Origin: Ylistrum balloti
Taxonomy: Eukaryota
Assembly (NCBI RefSeq): GCF_031769215.1
Contig: NW_026781998.1
Span: 496,001-560,000, forward strand
Reading direction: 5' to 3'
Length of the DNA stretch: 64,000 nt
Shown here: one piece after another, positions 38,601 through 50,145 of the stretch
Numbering within the stretch: position 1 is the stretch's first letter
Layout: each line of letters starts with the position of its first letter
Made by a program: the position numbers and the translations under genes
The notes under the pieces: generated by a model
The model's input: the letters and a program-made list of their open reading frames with translations, nothing else
Databases searched by the model: none
Told to the model about the DNA's origin: nothing

Positions 38601-40565
38601 GTTGTCTTTATTATGTATAATATACAGGTGTGAGGATATCTCTATCATGTATTATATACAGGTGTGAGGATATCTCTATCATGTATCATATACAGGTGTG
38701 AGTTATCTCTACTATGTACCATAAACAGATGTGAAGTTGTCTTTATTATGTATGATATACAGGTGTGAGGACATCTCTACCTCATAATATACTGCTGTGA
38801 GAATCTACCAAGATGAAGTGCTTAGTAATTTTATAGGATTTCCTAATGTGTGTCCAGAGCATGTATTCCAAAATTTTGATTAGTCAAAATAGACATAGTG
38901 GGATCTCAAAATTTGAAGCAAGTGTATGACTCCTGGCTCCATATACCAGTATCTGAGTCCCAAAAACCACTGGTCTCTACCTTGTATCATATACATACAC
39001 AGGTGTGAAGATTCTTTACCTTGTATCAAACAAAGGTGTGAGGTTATTTCAACCTTTTATCATATACAGATAAGGATCATTCTAGGTCCAGTATGAAAAT
39101 ATAATGAAATAGTTTCAGCAAGCTTATTTTAAGCTTTGGATTAAACAAACAATTCAAGCACCAAACCAGTAAATATGTTGGCAGATTGACAATATAAATG
39201 AAAACATTAAAAAAAAAACAGACTGAGTTGTAGCCTTTATAATTGTAGTAGGTGGTAGTCTGCACAATGGCCAGAGTGCAAAACAAGGTAATGTTGATGT
39301 TCTATTCATTCATATCCTGTGTTCAATTTGCCAGAATGATGTTCACATCTACATCTAATGATGGAAAGGGAACCGAGTGGATCATACATAAAGTCTCTTG
39401 GTAGGGATATACAACATGAAGTTAAGATGACATGACAGGTGATGTTGCTATTATAAAGGACAGTGTCAGTTGGAAAGAAGACATGGTAGGATACCATGCA
39501 TATTGTATTTTTTCTTTCTATTTTTGACATCTAAAAGGTTCTGACCAACTTCAACTTGCTGAAGACAATTTCAGTGGAGGAGAAAAGAGACATAGGGTTC
39601 ACATTATTTATGTTTAGTTTGGACTGGAATAATGCTATGAATGGCAGTTTTAAAACAATCTTCGGTGGAGCAAGAGACAGTATCTGGTGGAATTTGTTCC
39701 ACTGAGCAAATGTTTAAGGGGAAAAAAGAACACTTTTACACCAAACCCAAAGGAAAATTGATTGTGATCACTGTTATGATCAGAACTAAGTAGGAGCACA
39801 AATTATAAGTGGGCACATCAACAACAGTCTCAATTTATGCCAAAGGAAAGGACAAAGGTGAAATACATTACTACATTGCAGAGTCTTTCCCAAATGGTTC
39901 TGACTACCTGTCATTGATTTTCATTAGTCTGTCTTGGTCACATCACAAACTTAGATATATCTACTGTATATCTAAGTCAATCCGACCTAGACAAAATTAA
40001 AATCACAGATTGTCGCAACTCTTCACATTACTTGATACATTCATATGATAAATGTCTTATTCATCATTAAGATACATATATAGAGGGACACAGTGAAATC
40101 GATTAAATCAGCAGTTAATTTTATCAGGGACGTAGATAACAGCTATCTACGTCCCTGATTTTATACATTTTCTCGAAGACCAACACAGTACTAGCGTTGG
40201 TACAGTACTACTGTATGTAGTCCGTCAAGTTTTGACCTCTAAATGTTTTCATTGCTCAATACTCTTGACATGAAATGGCGGCCACTGTCCAGTCTTAACT
40301 GTCTTTTTAAAAATATATCATTCAGCTTTATGGATAATTTCACTTGGGATCTAGCGTAGAACAAATGAAAATGAAAGTAGAAATATTGATTTAATATACG
40401 GTCAGGGTAACTGGTTTTCATGTTTAAAAAAGTAATGAAAACTTGCCGCTTGACTGCATCGACAGAACCTTTGATGGCGTTGGATTGTCCGCTTTCGCAC
40501 AAAACTCCTGTCATGTCCAATAAAACACCATCTACACCGTCTGTCCATTTCTCTGCGCTTGTCAT
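29651..40565 (-). CDS. LHPP: Phospholysine phosphohistidine inorganic pyrophosphate phosphatase (HAD class IIA, 277 aa)
   Basis: complement(join(29651..29774,30514..30605,33018..33110,34235..34298,34864..35017,35938..36125,40447..40565)) = 834 nt with no internal stop. Motifs: GVLLDMTGVL, VRFCTNET, NPNCVVLGDA, SLGKGRYYK, AEVVGKPS, VMVGDDIVSDVGGA, LVRSGKYR. Intron 1 has a GC donor; the rest are GT-AG. Confidence 0.96.
30117..30520. repeat. 74-bp tandem repeat derived from the 3' end of LHPP exon 6 and its splice donor
   Basis: ctcacctgta (minus strand TACAG|GTGAG) occurs at 30287, 30361, 30435 and 30509 (the true donor), a period of 74. Older copies lie at ~30130-30280. Confidence 0.9.
31242..32640 (-). 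mobile_element. Tc1-family (DD34E) DNA transposon, full length but pseudogenised, in LHPP intron 5
   Basis: Imperfect TIRs tactcaaca(a/t)aaa(t/a)agaaa are flanked by TA on both sides (31240-41 and 32641-42). The N-terminal HTH-like stretch reads MPNLMQFQRGGAIA...SQTAVACHFG. The catalytic stretch FQQDNARPH...WPPYSPNMSPIEHLW has 34 residues between D and E. Confidence 0.9.
33130..33540. repeat. HINE-like element with two 166-bp tandem units followed by a (GACG)n-like block
   Basis: ggcataaatcttacaaaaatcaa occurs at 33181 and 33347 (period 166), followed by acggacatacagacggacggacg. Confidence 0.65.
34370..34650. repeat. Dispersed HINE-like repeat in LHPP intron 3
   Basis: Same unit as 4225-4600 (caagatgg...ggccatttt...accagt..caaaatc...aggggaatctacat). 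Confidence 0.5.
36290..38790. repeat. 33/34-bp minisatellite, roughly 70 copies, in LHPP intron 1
   Basis: Units tatcatgtattatatacaggtgtgagttatctc (33 bp) and tatcatgtattatatacaggtgtgaggatatctc (34 bp) are interspersed. They generate all ORFs from 36272 to 38262. Confidence 0.97.
40123..40159. other. Perfect 16-bp inverted repeat with a 5-nt loop
   Basis: atcagggacgtagata-acagc-tatctacgtccctgat. Confidence 0.9.
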
Positions 40566-40707
40566 GTTCCCTTAATGTCCGGACCCGTAAACCTTTCCCG
40601 TTGTAAGCATTCGGTGCACCTCAGATTTGGTGATTGCGTTACTTACACATTATTTAACCTTGACCTTGTCAACAAAAACTCGGAACTTTATACAAAATAT
40701 ACAAAAC
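40566..40707. promoter_or_regulatory. Putative bidirectional promoter shared by LHPP and SPATA24
   Basis: Only 142 bp separate the two divergent ATGs, and the interval is locally CpG-rich. TSSs were not mapped. Confidence 0.75.
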
Positions 40708-43700
40708 ATGGCGGAAAGAGATGCTGGTAGTAGTCTGGAAGACAACCCCGTTCCGTCAGATGTTCTTGTTCAAAATCAAATGAAAGATGTTATTATATTA
40801 CAAGAACTGACGATCAGCAAACTTCAACATGAGGTAAGCGATCAAAAATAAACAAGCAAAAAGAAATTAGACTATACTATTTCTTTATATGTTTTCTGCA
40901 GAACTTGTTGATGCCTGTCTAGCTGCTGTGTGCTGACAGTTATACCAGGCCTAGCATCTCTCCAACTGATATTGTTACCACGGACCGGTCATAGCTATTT
41001 ATGCCTATGCATTATTTAAGAAGAATAAGATGGTTTGATATTTAGATGTCTATGCTTTCATTTTACTTTTTTCTTATCTTTTGAGTCCTGACACTTAAGT
41101 TCACGAATTCATGTCCATGTTTCAAAACGAAAGAAAAAATATACAAATAAATGGAAAAAACTGGGTTTTTATTCTATATTAGAATATGACCATCCACTAA
41201 TTCCTCATGCCTAAGTAAGGATCGTTGGGCATTTCATTGCAGATACTTTCAACTGTCTGTTTTTCTTTAGATAACATTGTGCCCGCTCATTAAGCAAAAT
41301 ATAATTACATTATCAAGGAATGGTCAGTAATGTTGGGAAATCTGAACTTATCCCATTTGATATTATGATGTCATAAGGTTTGGGTACACAAATATGGATG
41401 GCATCATTATCAAGTTCAATGTTTTAGAGTAAACAACACAATGTGAAGTGTTGTATGTACATTTCAAGTCTCATTGTTTTCTTAATACATTCAGATATAA
41501 ATTTTAATCATGCTACAAAATAATACAAAGTAAGTTATATCTGGTCAAGACATTACTCTGTGTTTAAATATTCATTACAAATATGTGTCATTGTGTCTAG
41601 TTCAATGAACCCTATCATTAAACTTAAACCTAAATTCCTAGTTTGCTCAGTAAAATCAAATACGTATATAACACATGTGTTATATACGTCTCTGGTAAAA
41701 TTTAGAAATATGATGGGTATGTTTATGCTTCATGCACATGGTTCATGCATTTATTCATATAAATTATGATTTCACAGAATATATGTATATGATTAAGTTA
41801 TGAATTTTATTAGTATTAGTTGTGTAGCAGAAAGTTGAATTTTCACTTTTATATTGATGTACAATTTATATTTTATTCCAGATAACTTTACAGGAATCCA
41901 CTCTACAAGAAAGTTTCCTGCCAAGAGAAGTATATGATACTGAACTGAAACAGCTTGAGGTACATTTGCATACTTTAATGTTCTTCAAATATTTTACAAG
42001 ATTTGAAGTATGTCAAGCAAGCAATTCTTATATCACCTTAGATGAAAACTTTATGTTTAGACACAATGTTCTTGCCTCTGTGCATAAGACAGATTGGTAT
42101 TCATGCTAGCTGTGTGTAAACATTAAATGGTCTTTGCCCTGTATGTTGGCACATTTATCCTGATTTTGTTTATAGACACCTTTGTTCCTTGCCTTTTTGT
42201 GTTGAGTGTGTAAACCCCTTGTCACTTTGTGTGTAGACACATTAAAAATATTGTTCCTTGCTCTGTATATAGATACATTGTCATTTTCTCTGCATGTATA
42301 GATACATTGTCATTTTCTCTATGTGTATAGATACATCATCAGTTTCTCTATGTGTATAGATACATTGTCATTTTCTCTGTGTGTATAGATACATTGTCAT
42401 TTTCTCTATGTATAGATACATTGTCATTTTCTCTATGTGTATAGATACATCGTCAGTTTCTCTATGTGTATAGATACATTGTCATTTTCTCTATGTGTAT
42501 AGATACATTGTCATTTTCTCTATGTGTATAGATACATCATCAGTTTCTCTGTGTGTATAGATACATCGTCAGTTTCTCTGTGTGTATAGATACATTGTCA
42601 TTTTCTCTGTGTGTATAGATACATTGTCATTTTCTCTGTGTGTATAGATACATTGTCATTTTCTCTGTGTGTATAGATACATTGTCATTTTCTCTGTGTG
42701 TATAGATACATTGTCATTTTCTCTGTGTGTATGGATTTTCTCTGTGTGTATGATACATTGTCATTTTACTGTGTTTAATAATCTGAATGTTGTTGATCAG
42801 TGTGTGTAAGAGTATTTCTCTGTGTGTTGATTGTCATTTTCTCTGTGTGTAACAGTCAATTAAACTAGTTTCTCTGTGTGTTATTGTACTTTTCTGTGTG
42901 AAAACAGTTTACTGTGTGTAAGAAGATTACATTTTCTCCTGTGTGAGAAGTATGTAAAAACATTTTTCTGTGTGTATAGATACTGTCATTTTCTCTGTGT
43001 GTATAGAAACATTGTCATTTTCTCTGTGAGTATAGATACATTGTCATTTATTCAGTGTGTATAGATACAATGTCATTTTCTCTGTGTGTATAGATACATT
43101 GTCATTTTCTCTGTTGTAGTCAGTGTTTCTCTGTGTGTAGATACATTGTATTTTCTCTGTGTGGATACATTGTCATTTTCATGTATTAATATCATATGTG
43201 GACATTCAGTTTCTCTATGTGTATAGATACATTGTCATTTTCTCTGTGTGTATAGATACATTGTCATTTTCTCTGTGTGAATAGATATATCGTCATTTTC
43301 TCCATGTGTATAGATATATCGTCAGTTTCTCTATGTGTATAGATACATTGTCATTTTCTCTGTGTATAGACACATTGTTTTCTTTCTGTGTATAAACACC
43401 TTGTCATTTGCTCTTCATATTGATCCACATTTTACTAGGTATGGATATCTTAATGAAGATTTATTTTACTGATTTAATAATCTGAATGTTGTTGATCAGT
43501 TATTAAGAGTATTTCCGACTGTTGATGCTTGTGTAAAGTCAATTAAACTATTGTTATTATACTTTTCAGAAAACAATACAAGAAGATTACATTCCAAGGG
43601 AGAAGTATGAAAAACTTCAAACTGAATTAGAGGTAACTACATATATTTTCTACATGTACTTGTTTGTTTGTTAGGTTTATCAGCCTGTGAACAGTCAGCT

Positions 43701-46630
43701 GGGTCAATTTGAGTCAGTGTCTCTGTGTAGTTATTGGTGGCTACCTCAATTAACATCATATTGGACATTGGACCTGTATGCTGTCCAGAGCAGTAAGGGT
43801 AAAGTGTCTTTCTCAAGGATGCAATCATTCCAACAAAGACCAGTCTGAAGTGAGCCCATTTGATATATCACAAGTATTGGTTTTCTTAATCTACTGAATA
43901 CCACATTGTGGGGACCTCTACTGAATACCACATTGTGGGGACCTCTACTGAATACAACATTGTGGAGACCTCTACTGAATACCACATTGTGGGGACCTCT
44001 ACTGAAAACCACATTGTGGGGACCTCTACTGAGTACCACATTGTGCCAACCTCTACTGAATACCACACTGTGGGGACCTCTACTGAATACCACATTGTGG
44101 GGACCTCTACTGAATTCCACATTGTGGAGACCTCTACTGAATACCACATTGTGGAGACCTCTACTGAATACCACACTGTGTTGACCTCAACTGAAAACCA
44201 CATTGTGGGGACCTCTACTGAGTACCACATTGTGGAGACCTCTAATGAATACCACATTGTGGGGACCTCTACTGAATACCACATTGTGGAGACCTCTAAT
44301 GAATACCACATTGTGCCAACCTCTACTGAATACCACACTGTGGGGACCTCTACTGAATACCACATTGTGGGGACCTCTACTGAATTCCACATTGTGGAGA
44401 CCTCTACTGAATACCACATTGTGGAGACCGCTACTGAATACCACATTGTGGGGACCTCAACTGAATACCACATTGTATTTATCCAGGAAGAGTGCAACAA
44501 TTTGATACATCACTAGTATTTCTTTTCTTACTTTATTCAGTTTCCCTTGTGGATTTGTATAGTTTTTGTTTCAAGTCCATACATATATGTATGATTCCAA
44601 TTATAATGTCACATTCTGGTTTTGTCTTTGGGCATAATTTTATGGTCTTTGTGTCAAGCACTTACAGTACATATCTTATACTTACCAGTAAAATGTTTGA
44701 CATTGTATGATATTCATTGGGTTATAAAATACTATTTGGAATACTGCAAGGATGAAATGAGATTGTTGAAAAGTAAAGAAATTGATAATGATAACTCAGA
44801 CGTGTAGCATGTATTTCTATTTAAAATCACTCATATGTTCTAAAAATATTTTTTGAAATGAGAGATAATAATTGAAATGTTGAAAACCTTTTTTTAACTG
44901 TTGATGTGTATTTTTCTTTTTAATTTCAAAGTATGTTTATTCTTCACTTAACAGCAACAGAAGCTGAGTCATTTAAAGGTACAAGGAGAGCTACATGAAG
45001 TCAAAGACAAGTTAGAGTTTGCCTTGGGTGAAGTAGAGGTTCTTACTAAGCAACTTCAAAGAGAGAAGGCAGCATTTGAGAAAGCGTGAGTATATTACTA
45101 GCTTATCCTGCAATAAATCAAAGGAAACTATTACATAGACTCTAGCTAGGCAAGTAAGCTTATTACAGGGAAAATATGATATACATGTAATTAGAGTGGT
45201 TTATAACACTGCATAGGTATGTTGGCATTAGTTTGGTAATACTCTCAGTAAACCTTTTGCAGCATTAATTCTTTCCTGACTGAATTAGCAGAGGTTGATA
45301 ATACAGGATTTGCAAATGTTGCTAATCCTGACTATCAACCTCTGCTAATACTATATTATCAGCTTTTGCTAATCCTGTATAATCAGCATGTGCTAATCCT
45401 GACTATCAACCTCTGCTAATCCTATATTATCAGCCTCTGCTAATCCTGTATAATCAGCATGTGCTAATCCCGACTATCAACCTCTGCTAATCCTGACTAT
45501 CAACCTTTGCTAATCCTGACTATCAACCTCTGCTAATCCTGTATAATCGACCTCTGCTAATCCTGTATTATCAACTTCTGCTAATCCTGATTTGCAACCT
45601 CTGTCAATCTTGTTTTATCAACCTCTAGTAATTCTGTGTTATCAACCTCTGCTTATCAGAATTAAAAGAGGTTGATAATACAGGATTAGCAGATGTTGAT
45701 GATACAAAATTGAGCGCTTACGAAACTGATAGAGGAGTCTTTAATTTGCTTTTAAGTTCTGGCTCAAAGTTAAGGAATGGGTTTATCACAAAGCATTGAG
45801 TAAGCGTTTGTTGGTAATTTAACTCATCAGTAACATATATGGAAGGTCTTTAATACAAACTATTAGCTTATTGCTAGATAAATGTGGAACTGTATGTTCT
45901 ATAATGTGATAGCAGGGTGATGCTGCAGCTTAATGATATTGTCTGCCTCTTATACAGATTTGGTTCTCTCCAAAAAAAGGCTGTGGAGGAAACATCAAAG
46001 ACTGCCATGCTGACAGACAAGTGTTCAGGTGAGATTTGATGGCTGACTTGTATCTGCCAAAGTATCATACAAAGGATTATAAACAATTCCTATTTTTATG
46101 GGACTGATACTGTTACAAGATTAAAAGGGATTGAAATTTTCCACGGATTAGTCATTGCAATGTACTTGGGTACTTGCAAGTGTAAATTGTGCCAAGAAAG
46201 GGCTCTCTCTCTCTCATTCTCCCTCTCTCTCGGAACATAGTTGTTTATATTTAGCAAATCTGGATTATAATGCAAATTAATTAATTTTGCACCATCTCCA
46301 TTAACAATATGATGGACCCATCAGAAATTTAACATGACATCTTTCACAAGCTATTTTTTGTTGTTGTTAGAAATCAGTGAAGAAGTACAGAAGAAGGATG
46401 AAGAATTAAATTCCAAAGAAGAAGAAATTCAGCAGTTAGAAAAGAAATTAAAACAACAACAATTTAATTATAAAAAGAAACTAAGTGATGCTGAAATTCA
46501 GCGTAAACAAGACCAATACATTGCCAAACTTCTAGACAAACAGGACAAAAAAGCTGGATACACAGAATTCCAGCGACCAAAGTCTCGCAGTACAAGTGCT
46601 AACAAAGCAAGTAAAAACACATGGAGATGA
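40708..46630 (+). CDS. SPATA24: Spermatogenesis-associated protein 24-like coiled-coil protein (242 aa if all exons are included)
   Basis: join(40708..40833,41882..41959,43570..43632,44955..45085,45958..46028,46371..46630) = 729 nt, GT-AG and phase-consistent. KLEFALGEVEVLTKQLQREKAAFEKA matches recalled human SPATA24 KLQFALGEVEVLSKQLEKEKLAFEKA, and MKDVIILQE and IQRKQDQYIAKLLD also align. Confidence 0.9.
42255..43385. repeat. 29-bp minisatellite in SPATA24 intron 2, with a corrupted central part
   Basis: Unit ttttctctgtgtgtatagatacattgtca. Clean at 42280-42720 and 43000-43370, scrambled at 42730-43000. Confidence 0.92.
43890..44480. repeat. 27-bp minisatellite, about 21 copies, in SPATA24 intron 3
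   Basis: Unit ctctactgaataccacattgtggggac. It is stop-poor, so it gives long 9-aa periodic ORFs in several frames. Confidence 0.97.
45282..45712. repeat. 23-24-bp minisatellite with reverse-oriented copies at both ends
   Basis: Core units aacctctgctaatcctg(ac/tat)tatc at 45320-45655 are flanked by agaggttgataatacaggatt (their reverse complement) at ~45290 and ~45668. Confidence 0.85.
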
Positions 46631-47794
46631 TGTCTATTTTATGTAGTGTTGTATAACCTAGGTCATTTTTAATGTACTTTGGAACATTGCAAATCTACCG
46701 AAATCTGATAAGGATTTCTCAGCTGAATTGAAACTGCTGTGGTACAGAAAATCAAACTGTACAAACACATGTGATGTTCATACTATGGAGTGGAATTCTA
46801 AGTGTTACTCAGCCCATAATTTAATTTTCTAACCTTATGTACTGTAAATTTACTGTTTGTGAAAATCTCATTTGCCTTAGAAGAATTTAATGATTTGTGA
46901 TTTTTGTATCCTAAATTTGGTTTTTACTGAGGAGGGGTATTTTCAGATTTTGTACTTTAAAAATTTACTGTAGGCATTTTAATTCATTTCATATCTGAAG
47001 GTGTTTGTTTTTCTTTTTTGTAAACAGAATTATGTGTGTACTGAAGTAGAATACATGCCAAGGGATCAATATTGGAAAACTTAAGATCTCCATTTTGAAT
47101 GCTGGTCTTTAGTAAACAGAAGATTGTAGGTTGTGCGACTTTATTTTGATTATGTTTATTATTACAATTTTATGAACTGTAAATTTTATCAACACAGTTT
47201 CAGAATAGAACTCAGTGCATGTATTTCAGCAGCAAATTTTTAAAAATCTGTTTGGGACCAAAAGTTTAGATAGAGAATCACTAAATTTACTGAAATAATT
47301 TATATGTTGTTTTCAGTCTAAAAATAATGACAGGTGTTACATTGATTTCTATACATTTTTACATAAGTAATGTCAGTATAGTAATTTCTGGGAGAAACTG
47401 TGATTTGACTCTCAGTCAAACATACAAAGGAAATGTTTTAAGAATTAGAAACAGTTGAAGTGGACATGACAGGATGTGCTACATTTTATTCCAGTGATGT
47501 TGCTCTTTTGCAATTTAAAATCATTTGTGAGATAGATAAGAGTTCTGTCCATCACAAATTTTCTTGTGTTTAAAATCAATACATTTTGTAACTGGCCAAA
47601 TGAATTTATTGTATCAGCAGATTTTAGAAAAATTATGGAAGCATTGAGTCAGCATATCCATAATGGCATTAAAAAAAAGGTTGTCTTTGTGTCAGGGTAT
47701 CACATGTGCCTTATATCTAATGAAGAGTTGTGTTAAATCCAACGACAGCAGTATATGAGATGTGTACAGGGGATCAAAAATAATACTAGGGTAA

Positions 47795-48490
47795 TTTTTT
47801 AGCTCACATTGATCTGAGCTTTTGCTGTACCATGGCATCTGTCTGTTGTCAATCTACAATTTACTAAAACATGACTAGTTATGAATGACTTAGCAGATTT
47901 TTTGGGGCAGAAGAGACAGGGTCAAATAGGACAAGATTCTTTAAAATCATTTGTGCATGGATTCTGTCCTAGTTTTGCCTGAAACATCCGTGGGTGAAGG
48001 GAAATCAATTTTGTATAACACTGGTTCTCAAACCTATGGGACAGGAGAGATCGGGCCCAATAGAGGAATTACAGCAAAATCTTTAAAATCTATCTGCTTG
48101 TGTGGGAATGCCTGGATTCTGTCCTAGTTTTGTCTGAGGCATCACAAGGGGATGGGAAATCAATTTTGCATCAATAATGGGTCTTACACGTTGGGGTAGG
48201 AGGGGCTGTGCCCAATAGGGAAATTAGAGCAAGTTCTTTAAAATCCTTCTTCTTCTGTAGAAATGCCAGGAGTCAGGCTCAATTTGGTCAGAAGCAATCA
48301 TTGGTGAAAAAGACTTTTGATCAAATGGTTTTGGCTGACCAACCAGGGGACAGAGGAGTGGGACCCAATAGATAATAGATATTAACCTTTAAAAACCAGC
48401 ACCCAATTTTTTCAGTTTGGATAAAGCAATTTATTTCAGTCAAACATAGCCATGTTAGCAATATGTCAACCCTATGGGTCTCTTGTACTA
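47795..48490. repeat. HINE-like repeat with recognisable ends
   Basis: Begins tttttagctcac...tgagctttt, carries a decayed (GTCC/GTCT)n-like block and internal aaaatctttaaaa units, and ends ccctatgggtctcttgt. Confidence 0.55.
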
Positions 48491-48989
48491 AGAAAACATT
48501 TTGTTCTTAATGCTCACATTTATTTATTATAAACATATATATCTAACACAAGATATTAGTTTATAAATGATATTACAAGCCAGACACACAATATGCATTT
48601 CTTTTACAAAGTGCCTCTTTTAAAAGCTTTGCCATTTAATGCAGGTGTATTAAAGTTCCTGTTAAGCTGTTCAAATCTTGAAGTCTGTGACCTATGTTCA
48701 AAGTTTTATTGACTTCTAGAATAGAATTAAAGACAATTTTAAACCAAGACTCTTAGCCTCAAAACTGTGGTACATTTACAGTCGTTTCTCCCCCTCCCAA
48801 TACATTTGTACCCAGTAGTAATGAACATGTGCTGAAGTCATAAAAATATAAGTATTCATACAAAACTGCTTGTGTTGAAAATTTAGTTGTCATGTTACAT
48901 ATATTGATATTTATTGTGGAGTTCTTCTGTTCAAATGAGGTCAAATAATAAGACAAGGATTATAGAGAATCATGTTTAAATTGCCTCAT

Positions 48990-50145
48990 TTTAGGTAATC
49001 TGACCCAAATGGTCAGGATGACCTATAGCCATCGTGTTTCATCCATCGTCTGAGTATCCTTGATCCACTTTCAAGGTCACAGAGGTCAAATATGTTAAAA
49101 TCTTTAAACAACTTCCTCTCTATAACCAAAGGGCCCAGGGTACTGATATAGGGCCTGTAGCATGATGGGATGAAGGGCTACCAAGTTTGTAAATATGAAT
49201 GACCTTGATCCACTTCCGAGGCCACAGGGGTCAAATATGTTGAAATGTTTCAACAACTCTTTTCAAAAGCCAAAACCCCAGCATGCCAGGATGTAGGGCT
49301 ACAAAGTTTGTTGATAGGAAGGAAATTCCTTCAGAGAAGGTATTGTAATTCCTTCCGAAGAAATCAAAGGAAATTGCTCCAGAGAGGGTTATGGGATTGT
49401 GTCTGGAGAAATCAATAGAATTCCCTCAAGAGGGGTTAAGCAAATTTGTTTAGGAGAGGTTGAAGGAATTCTCTTCAGAAATGCTAAAGGAATTCCCTCA
49501 AAGTGCTTCATTACTACGGGTCTTGTTTGAATTGTGTGAGTGTTGATAACTGTTTATTTATTTTTATGACACAAATGAACTATGGCTGTTTAAAAAGTTA
49601 TATATTATATGACTGCATGACTTATGAAGGACTTTTTCTATATGATTTGACACTGTCAATTATCACCTTAATTTATTATTAAATGAAAATATGTAAATGT
49701 TCTGTGTTTTTGTGCTGGTGTTTATTGTAATGATGTATGGTTTGATGACCAGATGTTTGACTGAGGATATCTGAGGATTCTGCAAGGACAAGTGAGCCTA
49801 TGTCATGGTTTGCATCTGGTGTCTACTTCTAACTTGAAACAACTTCTCAATATCCAAAAGGCCCAGGGTCAGGATATTGAGACTGTAGCATATAGGGTTG
49901 AAAGGATACCAAGTTTACTCAAATTAGGTATCTTCACCCTCTTTGAAAGTCACAGGATCTAATGTTTTGAAATATTTGAATGACTTCTTTTCAATGAGCA
50001 ATAGGCCTTGGATCATATTATAATATAGTATCATGCTTGGGAAGTGGGCTCTCAGGTTTGCATAAGTTGATTTCACCTATGAAGTCTCTTCTTGAAGCCA
50101 CAGATAGAACAGGCTAGTGATTCAGGTCCATTGAACATCTTGTTT
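48990..50145. repeat. HINE-like repeat with internal tandem units
   Basis: Begins ttttaggtaatctgacc...gacctatagccatc, has repeated tgaccttgatccacttt..aggtcacagaggtcaaatatgtt units, and ends gattcaggtccattgaacatcttgttt. Confidence 0.55.

Noticed and set aside
40239-40446. C-terminal part of ORF 40239..40565 (QVFITFLNMK...) and read-through parts of ORFs 22176..22547, 62088..62420 and 62988..63242
   Set aside because: These are intron sequence that happens to be open; only the exon portions match the known proteins.
43746-44516. Mucin-like 202-204 aa ORFs (GTSTEYHIV repeats) on both strands
   Set aside because: The 27-bp unit is stop-poor in most frames. The array lies in a SPATA24 intron whose flanking exons join in phase, and no good splice sites bound it.
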